Of a DNA stretch of 24,991 nucleotides, positions 1-9,682 are shown one piece after another. Below the pieces are notes generated by a model. The model had not been told where the DNA came from, ran no database searches, and worked only from the letters and a program-made list of their open reading frames with translations. The first letter of the stretch is position 1. Each line of letters opens with the position of its first letter. Made by a program: the position numbers and the translations under genes. The DNA is from a virus. Lineage: Duplodnaviria; Heunggongvirae; Uroviricota; Caudoviricetes. The DNA is taken from the IMG/VR virus record IMGVR_UViG_2706794664_000002; one strand, written 5' to 3'.

Positions 1-85
1 AGGGACAGCTGATAGAAACAGAAGCCACTGGAGCACCTCAAAAACACCATCATACACTAAATCAGTAAGTTGGCAGCATCACCAG
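1..85 (-). mobile_element. IS1 insertion sequence, left terminus plus first codons of insA (partial; element body continues beyond window start)
   Basis: Reverse complement of 1-85 reads GGTGATGCTGCCAACTTACTGAT (IS1 terminal inverted repeat, window 63-85) and continues through the GTG start of insA (complement of 26-28), matching the IS1 left end as I recall it. Not checked against a database. Confidence 0.8.
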
Positions 86-402
86 CCTTCTTGAGGCTAC
101 CACCTGTTTTCAGGTGTCATTCAGACGTGATTTGCCCCAGATTGGGAAAGCACGCTTTTTTCTCAGCTATCGTCCTCTTATTTTGCCGTTACATTTCTTT
201 TTGCACTCTAATGATTAATTTACAATAATAATATCGGTAATTATTGAGTAATAATAAATTGATTATTGCAAATGTAATTTAATTCCATCTTCGCGTTATA
301 TTCCAATCTTTAATCTCCGCATGGAACAAGTTGCATGCGTGACTATATTAAGACAACTTATAACCACCAAAACATTTGCTTTGCAAGCAAAAACAGTGAC
401 CA

Positions 403-431
403 TTGACTCTAAGAAAATTCCGATCTATTGT
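403..431 (+). promoter_or_regulatory. Candidate sigma70 promoter (-35 TTGACT 403-408, 17-bp spacer, -10 TATTGT 426-431)
   Basis: Hexamers with near-consensus -35 and a 17-bp spacer, upstream of a small ORF and a downstream terminator. AT-rich context makes chance matches likely. Confidence 0.2.
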
Positions 432-465
432 TAGGGTCATCAAAGTTACTTAACAGTATTCCGAA

Positions 466-567
466 ATGAAAATACAAAGCAAGCTAATTGTCTTATTAAA
501 CATTATTATTGCATTTATATTATTTGAGCTTTTAGCTCAAAAATTTGGTTTGAGTACATTATTTTAA
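466..567 (+). CDS. Hypothetical 33-aa hydrophobic peptide (MKIQSKLIVLLNIIIAFILFELLAQKFGLSTLF)
   Basis: ATG at 466 to TAA at 565-567, translated by hand; a single predicted transmembrane-like stretch. No clear Shine-Dalgarno, so it may be non-coding. Confidence 0.15.
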   Translation: MKIQSKLIVLLNIIIAFILFELLAQKFGLSTLF

Positions 568-716
568 AGCAAGATAAACAATATCGGGCACTCTAGTTTT
601 TATAATTAACAATTAAACGTCCATAAAATGTTATTTACTTTTCTTCGCTATTGTCATATCTTAATATAGTGGCTTACGCCACTCTACTTTCATCACATTT
701 TGTACGTTTATGTACT

Positions 717-746
717 CGCCATGAAGCTCTTTCATGGCGATTTTTT
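717..746 (+). terminator. Rho-independent terminator (9-bp stem CGCCATGAA / TTCATGGCG, 5-nt loop, T6 tract)
   Basis: Perfect inverted repeat 717-725 / 731-739 followed by TTTTTT at 741-746 on the plus strand. The minus-strand reading has no U tract, so it is unidirectional. Confidence 0.5.
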
Positions 747-832
747 ATTCTTAATCCAAGAACATACTCCCTACCTATAGCAAAATCACTTTTTTAACAA
801 AAGAATAACGTATTTAGGTAATCATTACGAAT

Positions 833-1285
833 TTACCCTATAGGTGCTACTGGCCATTCAATATCCGGTGCAGTTGATGTATCAACACGGTTCAGCAACA
901 CCCGATACTTTTTCCAGGCTTCCAGCAACAAGGTTTCTTTCTCCGTTGCGATCTCCAGATCCACAGCATCCTGAAGCGGCGCTATATGCTCACTGGCTAC
1001 CTGCATCAGGCTGTTTTTTGTTTCTTCCGCCTCCCGGATCCGGAACAGTTTTTCTGCTTCCGTATCCTTCACCCAGGCTGTGCCGTTCCACTTCTGAAAC
1101 TCCCCTTCCGGGGATAACCAGGTGACATTTTCCGGTAATGAGCCGAGTTCAGAAATAAATAACGCGTCGCCGGAAGCCACGTCATAAACCGTTTTACCCC
1201 GATGATCTTCAACGAGATGCCACGATGTTTGCAGGCAGACCTGTATGAGGCGGAATATATGCGTCACCTTCACCAATAAATTCAT
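833..1285 (-). CDS. tfa: Tail fibre assembly protein Tfa, C-terminal domain ORF (150 codons from an internal ATG)
   Basis: Translation ...[28 protein letters not shown]...[22 protein letters not shown] matches the lambda Tfa C-terminal region; stop at 833-835. The lambda-like N-terminus lies in a different frame (see next feature). Confidence 0.75.
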   Translation of the reverse strand: MNLLVKVTHIFRLIQVCLQTSWHLVEDHRGKTVYDVASGDALFISELGSLPENVTWLSPEGEFQKWNGTAWVKDTEAEKLFRIREAEETKNSLMQVASEHIAPLQDAVDLEIATEKETLLLEAWKKYRVLLNRVDTSTAPDIEWPVAPIG

Positions 1286-1349
1286 TAGTTCCGGCCAGCA
1301 GGTTATAAATTTTTATGGTCCGTGCTTGTTCACTCATTCTGAATGCCAT
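1209..1349 (-). pseudogene. tfa: tfa N-terminal fragment (46 codons, [46 protein letters not shown]), out of frame with the C-terminal ORF
   Basis: Hand translation from the ATG at complement 1347-1349, which overlaps the stf stop as TAATG, reproduces the lambda Tfa N-terminus and then hits TGA at 1209-1211. About 20 codons present in lambda Tfa between PAN and SWHLV are absent, and the two halves differ by one frame. Confidence 0.5.
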
Positions 1350-4025
1350 TATGCGAGCCTCACAATATAGTTAAATGCGATGTTTTTGACGGTGTTTTCC
1401 GCGTTACCAGCAGCGTTAACGGTGATGGTGTGTCCATGTGAACCAATCGCAACAGAGTGCGTATGAGCACCAATACCGACAGTATGCGCGTGTGCACCCG
1501 CAGATGCTGCTGTGCCGGACAGTGAGTGTGTATGGTTTCCTTCTGAAGATGATTTACCTACCCATTGGGAGGTGCCACTGGTTAATGAGCCACTGATACC
1601 AACCTGATTAGTCCCGCTAACTTGAGTACTCCCTGCCGGAAACATTCCAGTAGGTTGACTCCCGCTATTCGTTCTGGGCCCAGTCTGACTATGTTGGTGG
1701 GCCCCAGCTGAACTTGTAGAGCCGCTCAGACTGTGCGTATGCGCCCCGGTGTTATTCGTGGATTTAGTGCCGTAATCAAACGACGATGTGGTTTTCGTCC
1801 CCAAATCCGTACTGGATGCGCTGGCGCTGTGGGTGTGCGATTTAATGCCATCCTGTTCCTGAGACAATACGGCACGACCACTGGCGGGCTTGCCCTTAAT
1901 CGTCCAGCCACGCATATCAGGGATCACGCCTGACGGATAAGCGGCTGCAAGTTTCGGGTAAGCAGATTTGTCAAAAGTCTGCCCCTGCATCAGGGCATAA
2001 CCAGACGGAACGGTATCTGATGGCCACGGGATTGGTGCACCGACTGGATAAAACTCTGCAGGAGGATGAGCCGAGGTGTAAAGCTGCGCCCACGGCGACC
2101 AGTTTGCGTCGGTCGTATCCCGTCGTGAACGAATAAATGCCGGAGCATGAGCACCGCTTGTACCACTCCAGCCGATGAGTAACTCACCTTCGCCAACGGC
2201 TGTCATCCCTTTCAGGTGAATGATATTTCCATACGCTGTTGGATATCCGTTGTTATACACCTCGTATAACTCAAGACCTGCTGCCCCCTGCGTATTGTCT
2301 GTCAGCGCGGCTACCCGACCTTTTGAAGCCAGATTAACTGATGATACTGCTGTTCCACCTGACGGTAGCGCCCCGATCTCTGATGCCGTTGGCTTATTTC
2401 TGGAGTTATAGTCCCTTCGCCAGCCAGGTGAATAATCTGTTCCGTGATTAATATAGGTAAACTGGGCGTTGGTTGTTCCGCCACCGCTGGATGTGGTCGG
2501 AGTGGTAATGCGGATCGTCATCGCTGACTTTATCCCCATTACTTCAATGACAGCTCCGGCGAGATGAATATTACCGCAGCCAGTATCAGTAATGATTTTA
2601 TTATTGCCATAAGACCAGGAACCCTTGCACATCCAGTATGGATGGTTAAATGCTCCCTGAGAATCCAGCCACTCGATAAACTGTGCAGTCGTCCAGTTTC
2701 CTGTTGTTGTGCTTACTGACCCACCGAAGGCACGGCAGGCACCAATATTTTTCGTAAAGGTGTCTTTGCCAGGGATATCCGCACCGTTCTGATCTTTCTG
2801 CAGACGTTTCTCAGCATTGTCATTGGCTGCTTTTACTGCCTTTGGCGTTGCCGCCAGCGTTTCAGACGTGCTGTTGGTCGCGCTGCTTAGCTGGATTATC
2901 CCTTTCTGTGCTGTCGTTGCATCCTGTGCGGTGTATTTCCCGTTAGCCAGGTCATACGCGGCCTTAACGGCTTTTGGTGTTGCCGCCAGTGACTCGGAAG
3001 TGCTGTTAGTCGCACTACTGAGCTGTACTATCCCCTTTTTCGTCGTGCTCGCATCCTCAAGCGCCACGGCGGATGCAATATCCTCTGCCCGTTTTGCCGC
3101 TGTCTCAGCGCGCGTTGCTGCAGATTCCGCCGTACTTTTGCTCTGAGCTGCTGCCGTCGCACTACCAGCAGCCTCTGTCGCCTTCGTGGATGCCGTCGTG
3201 GCGCTGCCCTTCGCTGCTGACGCCTGTCTGGTCGCCTCATCTTTTGAAGCAGACGCCGATGATGCCGATGACGCCGCCGAACTGGCGGACGATGCGGCAG
3301 CCGTTTTTGAGGATTCTNNNNNNNNNNNNNNNNNNNNNNNNNNNNNNNNNNNNNNNNNNNNNNNNNNNNNNNNNNNNNNNNNNNNNNNNNNNNNNNNNNN
3401 NNNNNNNNNNNNNNNNNNNNNNNNNNNNNNNNNNNNNNNNNNNNNNNNNNNNNNNNNNNNNNNNNNNNNNNNNNNNNNNNNNNNNNNNNNNNNNNNNNNN
3501 NNNNNNNNNNNNNNNNNNNNNNNNNNNNNNNNNNNNNNNNNNNNNNNNNNNNNNNNNNNNNNNNNNNNNNNNNNNNNNNNNNNNNNNNNNNNNNNNNNNN
3601 TGATTTCTTCGCGGCTGCCGTGTTCTGTGCCACCGCGGACGCGTTACGCGCCACCTCTTCCACCATCAGCTCAAAACGGCGCAGTGCCTCCGGACGGGCA
3701 TCATCCTCCGTCATGGCACCGAGAAAATCATTCAGNNNNNNNNNNNNNNNNNNNNNNNNNNNNNNNNNNNNNNNNNNNNNNNNNNNNNNNNNNNNNNNNN
3801 NNNNNNNNNNNNNNNNNNNNNNNNNNNNNNNNNNNNNNNNNNNNNNNNNNNNNNNNNNNNNNNNNNNNNNNNNNNNNNNNNNNNNNNNNNNNNNNNNNNN
3901 NNNNNNNNNNNNNNNNNNNNNNNNNNNNNNNNNNNNNNNNNNNNNNNNNNNNNNNNNNNNNNNNNNNNNNNNNNNNNNNNNNNNNNNNNNNNNNNNNNNN
4001 NNNNNNNNNNAATCTTTACTGCCAT
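1349..4025 (-). CDS. stf: Side tail fibre protein Stf (interrupted by N blocks 3318-3600 and 3736-4010)
   Basis: N-terminus MAVKI... at complement 4023-4025; internal [33 protein letters not shown]; C-terminal half with His-rich GAHxHS repeats ending [16 protein letters not shown] (stop 1349-1351). Frame changes across the N blocks, so the length is approximate. Confidence 0.85.
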
Positions 4026-4034
4026 ATTCACCCC

Positions 4035-4063
4035 ACAAAAAAGCCCGCCTGAACCGGCGGGCT
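4035..4063 (-). terminator. Rho-independent terminator between lom and stf
   Basis: On the minus strand: 8-bp GC-rich stem (4056-4063 / 4042-4049), 6-nt loop, then a U tract (plus-strand A run 4035-4041). Confidence 0.5.
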
Positions 4064-4089
4064 GTCATAACACTGTGTTACCTGGCTAA

Positions 4090-4667
4090 TCAGAATTTAT
4101 AACCGACACCCACGATGAAACCGTCAGTGCGCCAGAGACGTGTTGCTGTGGCGACCGTCATCACTTCCGGTCAGCACATCGTGCGTTTTCCCCTTATTGT
4201 CAGTTACGCGGATATAATCCCCGGAAAAAGTCGACACACGGCTGTAAGCCACACCCACCATCGCATACGNNNNNNNNNNNNNNNNNNNNNNNNNNNNNNN
4301 NNNNNNNNNNNNNNNNNNNNNNNNNNNNNNNNNNNNNNNNNNNNNNNNNNNNNNNNNNNNNNNNNNNNNNNNNNNNNNNNNNNNNNNNNNNNNNNNNNNN
4401 NNNNNNNNNNNNNNNNNNNNNNNNNNNNNNNNNNNNNNNNNNNNNNNNNNNNNNNNNNNNNNNNNNNNNNNNNNNNNNNNNNNNNNNNNNNNNNNNNNNN
4501 NNNNNNNNNNNNNNNNNNNNNNNNNNNNNNNNNNNNNNNNNNNNGTTGGTCCGGGCATGAAGATACCCCGCGCTCAGCGTGGACTGATGTTCAGACGCCC
4601 ATGCAGGCGCACCGGATACGGCCAGGCAAATGGCTGCGGACAAAATGGCTGCACAAACTTTACGCAT
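4090..4667 (-). CDS. lom: Outer membrane protein Lom (Ail/Lom family beta-barrel), lysogenic-conversion moron; interrupted by N block 4270-4544
   Basis: N-terminus MRKVCAAILSAAICLAVSGAPAWASEHQSTLSAGYLHARTN (signal peptide) after a GAGG Shine-Dalgarno; C-terminus ...GFIVGVGYKF* with stop at 4090-4092. Confidence 0.85.
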
Positions 4668-4691
4668 AATTACCTCTCGCTTTTCTGCAAT

Positions 4692-4715
4692 AAAAAAGGC
4701 GTCATTCCTGACGCC
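4692..4715 (-). terminator. Rho-independent terminator downstream of J and upstream of lom
   Basis: 7-bp stem GGCGTCA / TGACGCC (4698-4704 / 4709-4715), 4-nt loop, and an A6 run at 4692-4697 on the plus strand (U6 on the minus transcript). Confidence 0.5.
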
Positions 4716-4737
4716 ATTTATTGGGGTTATAAATATT

Positions 4738-7700
4738 TCAACGAATACTGATGCCGGAAGCCGCTTTTTTGGTCACAATCACCGTACAGTCGGTGATATT
4801 GCCTGCCCCCTGATTGCCTTTCTGGAAAATCTTAAACTCCAGAGTGACGCTACCACCACCACTAGGCATATCAATAACTGCACTGTAACTACCGGGAATG
4901 GCACCTTTAGTTTCTCTGGATGCGATTAATACGCCGTTTTTGCGAACTTCAAAACCATAACCCGTGTATCGCGTGCCTCCTGGGTTATTTCCGCTCCCCG
5001 GATCGTCATACGCTATACCGTTAAAAATAATGGGCGGAATAATAATCTGGCGGTCAAAGTTATGATCATCGCTTATGGTGACTGTAACCGTCCCGTTTGG
5101 TGTTTCCGTGTTACCCCACGTACCAGCCTGTTTCGGAAATGATTTGGATACAGCTTTAACGAAGTCACCTCTGACCTGAGTCGCCTCCAGCATGCCCTTA
5201 ATCGTACAGTTTTCATTTACCGTGACATTGTTGAGCGTCCCGGCGTTCGCATTCACACTGCCACTGATATCCGCATTTTTAGCGGTCAGCTTTCCGTCCG
5301 GAGTCAGGGAAAATGCCGATGGATTTCCACCGCTGGTAATGGTGGGGGCCGTCAGGCGTTTCAGGAACACGTCGTTCATGAATATCTGATCGCCCTGACC
5401 AACAAACATCGGTTTTGTGTTGCCATTCGCAGGATTAACCATCGCAATCCTGTCCGCCGCCAGCAGCACCTGACTCTGCATGCCGTCAGGGGTGTTCTCA
5501 ATACCGGCACCAATACCCGCGATATAAAGGCGTCCGTCCTGCATCTGCTGCAGCTTCACAGCCCACATGCTGTTCAGGTTATTATTTGTATCAACCTGAA
5601 CCTTCTGTATCTGCTGAATTGCCGCACTCTGGTCTTCCAGTTTCTTATTGACGGTCTGCGTGATTTCATTGCTGACATCCGTAATGGACGTCCTGATTTC
5701 AGCCAGGTCAGGCGCAAGCTGACCGTTATCAATCTGCGTCCACAGCTCCTGAGCCAGATGGGTTTTCCCTATCTCGCCTTTGAAAAAATCCAGATAACCG
5801 GATGCATCATCACTCGGCTGACCAACAGCCTCCACGAATGCCGATTTGCCAACGGTGTTCACACTGCGGATATAAAAGTAATAATCATGGCCCGGTTTGA
5901 TATTGATACTGGCGGCTATCCAGTACAGCGCCGTGCCAAGATAGCGTGCTGTGGTTTCAACCTGCCTGATATCCGCAATCCGCTTTTCCGAGAACCAGAA
6001 CTCAAACTGTACCGTCGGATCATAAACCGCAAGATGCGGCGTGGCGGTTATCTGAAAATAGCCCGGCGTCAGCTCAATCCGCGACAGCGCTGCCGGTGCG
6101 GCAATCCGGAACGATACCGACGCCGGATCGCCCTGCTGCCCCCACGCATTTACTGCCCGGACTGTCAGCCTGTAGTTCCCCAGCGCCAGTTGTGTGAAGC
6201 GGTAAGTGGTTTCCGTCGTCCGGGCCGTGCTGACCAGCCGCTCACTGCCGTCATCCGCTGTTACGGTCAGACGGAGCAGGAAGCTCACGCCCTTCACCAC
6301 CTTCGGCGTGTCCCAGCGCGCCAGCACCTGATATTCCCCGCTGTCTGCGGTGACTTCGGCAGTCAGGTGCTGCACCGCTGGCGGCGTGACACCATTCACC
6401 GTGCCGCTCTGGTCGCCGTCAAAGTGCGCCCCGTTATCCACGATGGCTTCTTTTTCCGGCACATGCTGCACGGCGGTGATGGCATACGTGCCGTCGTCGT
6501 TCTCACGGATACTCACGCAGCGGAACAATCGCTGGTGCAGCGTCGGCAGCTTCAGCCCCCACACGCTGTATTCAGCAACACCGTCAGGAACACGGCTCAC
6601 TTTTACCTTCACGCCGTCGGTGACGGACTGGACCTCCACGCTGACCGGATTCCCCTGCCCGTNNNNNNNNNNNNNNNNNNNNNNNNNNNNNNNNNNNNNN
6701 NNNNNNNNNNNNNNNNNNNNNNNNNNNNNNNNNNNNNNNNNNNNNNNNNNNNNNNNNNNNNNNNNNNNNNNNNNNNNNNNNNNNNNNNNNNNNNNNNNNN
6801 NNNNNNNNNNNNNNNNNNNNNNNNNNNNNNNNNNNNNNNNNNNNNNNNNNNNNNNNNNNNNNNNNNNNNNNNNNNNNNNNNNNNNNNNNNNNNNNNNNNN
6901 NNNNNNNNNNNNNNNNNNNNNNNNNNNNNNGCCCCCGGCTGGTACAGCCAAAGGCATCCATCTTCGTGACGTTACGACCGTAACGGACAATGGCCTGCGT
7001 ATCCTCCACAAGCTCTGTCGCCGTCTCCCAGCCGTTATCCGGGTCAATCCAGTTCACCTCAACGGCATTATGGCGGTCTTTCAGGGCGCTGAAACTGTAG
7101 CGGAACGGCGCGCCATCATCCGGCATCACCACATTACTGCGGTTATAGGCCCACACCTTATCCGACTGTCGGTCCTGCACGAACGTCAGCGTCTGCCCGT
7201 TCCATACCGGCATACAGCGCATCGCCGAGCAGAAATCACTGAGCACATCCCACGCCTTGCGCTGTGTGGTCAGCCAGGCATTACAGGTGATGCGCGGCTC
7301 CGTGCTGCCAAAGCCGTCCGGCACCGACTGGTCACAGTACTGGCCGATGACATACAGCGCCCATTTATCCACATCTGCCGCACCAAGACGTTTCCCCATG
7401 CCATAGCGCGGATGGGTCAGCATATCCCACAGACACCAGGCCATGTTGTTGCTGTATGCCGGTTTTAACGTTCCGTCCCAGATACCGCTGTATTGCCGCG
7501 TCTGCGGATTATAGTTCGACGGCACCTGCAGAATGCGCCCGCGAAGATGATAATTACGGCTCACCTGCTGGCTGCCGAACTGCTCCGAATCCACCTGTAC
7601 GCCGACCAGTGCCGTGTTCGGGTAGCACTGTTTCACATCGATGATTTCGGTGTATGACGACCAGAGCGTTTTGTTCTGCAGCTGGTCTGTGGTGCTGTCC

Positions 7701-8257
7701 GGCGTCATTCTGCGCATCCGGATATTAAACGGGCGCGGCGGCAGGTTATCCACCACCACCGAGGCCAGATACTGCGAGGTGGTTTTGCCCTTAATGGTGA
7801 TGTCTTTTTCCGTCACCCAGCCACCGTTACGCTGTATCTGAACCAGCAGGCGAACTTCAGACGGATTCCTGTCTCCCTTTGAGGTGGTTTCCACCAGTGC
7901 CTGTACACCGAAGGTAAAACGCAGTCGGTCAATGTTTGCCGACGTGATGGTCCGGGTGATCGGCGTGTCATATTTCACTTCCGTACCCAGCACCGTCTCG
8001 GAGCCGGAGGATTCAAATCCCTCCGGCGGTGACTGCTCCTGCTCACCTGCCCGGAACACCACCGTGACGCCGGAGATGTTGGTATTCCCCTCACTGTCCA
8101 GCACCGGCGTACTGTTCAGCAGCACGCTTTTTAATCCATCCACCGGACCTTCAACCGGCCCTTCGCTGATGGCATCGATCACACTCAGCAGCTGCGTGGA
8201 CTTCAGGTTGTCCTTCGCTTCGCGCGGGGTATGCCCCTTACTGCTGCCTTTACCCAT
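4738..8257 (-). CDS. J: Tail tip / central tail fibre host-specificity protein J (N block 6663-6930 inside)
   Basis: N-terminus [54 protein letters not shown] is lambda J; long ORF continues to the stop at 4738-4740. Two track ORFs (6584-8257, 4738-7047) join across the N block. Confidence 0.92.
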
Positions 8258-8317
8258 TCGTCATGCTCCATAAACGATAAAACCGCCCGGAGGCGATTTC
8301 ACATAAAACATTTTGCA

Positions 8318-8989
8318 TCAGCGACCAATCACCACAACCTGACCACCGTCCCCTTCGTCTGCCGTGCTGATCTCCTGAGATACCACACGTGACCCCACGC
8401 GCATTTCACCATACAGAACAGGCATAACATTGCCCTGGGCAACCATGTTATCCAGTGAGGAGAAATAGATGTTCTGCTTACCGTTATCCGTTGTCTGTGT
8501 GCGGGGAGTTCTGGCTTTCGGTGCCAGCATCTGAGCCACACCGCCGAGCACCATACTGGCACCGAGAGAAAACAGAATGCCGGTCATACCACCGGCACCA
8601 ATGGCAGCCCCCCATGCTGCAAGGGTGGCTCCGGCGGTAAAGAATGATCCGGCAATGGCGGCTGCTCCCAGGACAATCTGGAATACACCACCTGACTTGG
8701 CCCCGGCGACTCTGGGAACAATATGAATCACAGCGCCGTCAGGCAGAGCCTCATGTAACTGCGCCGTTAATCCGGACGTGCTAACATCCTGCCCGGCAAT
8801 ACGCACCTGATACCAGCCGTCGCTCAGCTTCTGACGAAACGCAGGGAGCTGTGTGGCCATCGCCCGGATGGCTTCGGCACCCGTTTTCACACGAAGGTCG
8901 ATGCGGCGGCCAAATCGTTGCAAATCCCCGTAAAGGCAGATGCGTGCCATGCCCGGTGACGCCAGAGGGAGTGTGTGCGTCGCTGCCAT
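8318..8989 (-). CDS. I: Tail tip assembly protein I
   Basis: 223-aa ORF MAATHTLPLASPGMARICLYGDLQRF... with a Gly/Ala-rich hydrophobic C-terminal half; overlaps the 3' end of K as in lambda. Confidence 0.9.
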   Translation of the reverse strand: MAATHTLPLASPGMARICLYGDLQRFGRRIDLRVKTGAEAIRAMATQLPAFRQKLSDGWYQVRIAGQDVSTSGLTAQLHEALPDGAVIHIVPRVAGAKSGGVFQIVLGAAAIAGSFFTAGATLAAWGAAIGAGGMTGILFSLGASMVLGGVAQMLAPKARTPRTQTTDNGKQNIYFSSLDNMVAQGNVMPVLYGEMRVGSRVVSQEISTADEGDGGQVVVIGR

Positions 8990-9677
8990 TTGTCGGTATA
9001 CCTCTCTCGTTTGCTCAGTTGTTCAGGAATATGGTGCAGCAGCTCGCCGTCACCACAGTAAATGGCGGCATGATTCGGCACCGATGAACCAAAACAGCAC
9101 AGCAGCACATCGCCCGGCTGCGCCGCTGACAACGGCACCTGATACAGCCCTGTGGCCTCCAGATTATCCAGATAGAGATTCTGACCGTGACGCCACCAGT
9201 CATCCTCACGATGAAAATCCGGCATCTCAATCCCCGCCAGATGGTAAGCATCCCGGAACNNNNNNNNNNNNNNNNNNNNNNNNNNNNNNNNNNNNNNNNN
9301 NNNNNNNNNNNNNNNNNNNNNNNNNNNNNNNNNNNNNNNNNNNNNNNNNNNNNNNNNNNNNNNNNNNNNNNNNNNNNNNNNNNNNNNNNNNNNNNNNNNN
9401 NNNNNNNNNNNNNNNNNNNNNNNNNNNNNNNNNNNNNNNNNNNNNNNNNNNNNNNNNNNNNNNNNNNNNNNNNNNNNNNNNNNNNNNNNNNNNNNNNNNN
9501 NNNNNNNNNNNNNNNNNNNNNNNNNNNNNNNNNNNNNNNNNNNNNNNCCGGCTCACCGGAGATATTCACGCAGGGGAAATATCTTTCCCCCTCCGGCGTT
9601 CTTACCACGAAGCCGCACGACTCCGCTGGAGCACATCGCCGGGCGTGCGCCAGAATCGCTGATTCTGTCTCTGTCAT
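8887..9677 (-). CDS. K: Tail tip assembly protein K (MPN/JAB-like N-terminal part plus NlpC/P60-like C-terminal part); N block 9260-9547 inside
   Basis: N-terminal ORF MTETESAILAHARRCAPAESCGFVV... and C-terminal ORF ...PGDVLLCCFGSSVPNHAAIYCGDGELLHHIPEQLSKRERYT... (Cys/His catalytic motifs) flank the N block; stop at 8887-8889. Confidence 0.88.
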
Positions 9678-9682
9678 GGGAT

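Noticed and set aside
296-434. Additional short ORFs in the AT-rich region (for example plus 321-434, 37 codons; minus 296-403, 35 codons)
   Set aside because: AT-rich DNA yields many short ORFs by chance; none has a Shine-Dalgarno or distinctive composition. Only the hydrophobic 466-567 ORF, with promoter and terminator context, was kept as a low-confidence candidate.
669-684. Short hairpin AGTGGC-TTAC-GCCACT
   Set aside because: 6-bp stem with no adjacent U tract; too weak to call as a terminator or binding site.
844-1125. 93-codon plus-strand ORF opposite tfa
   Set aside because: Pro/Ser/Leu-rich antisense translation of the tfa C-terminal domain; not credible as a gene.
5758-7468. Long plus-strand ORFs (5758-6969, 6350-7468) antisense to J
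   Set aside because: Arg/Pro/Cys-rich low-complexity translations typical of antisense frames in GC-rich coding DNA; the minus-strand J frame matches lambda J.
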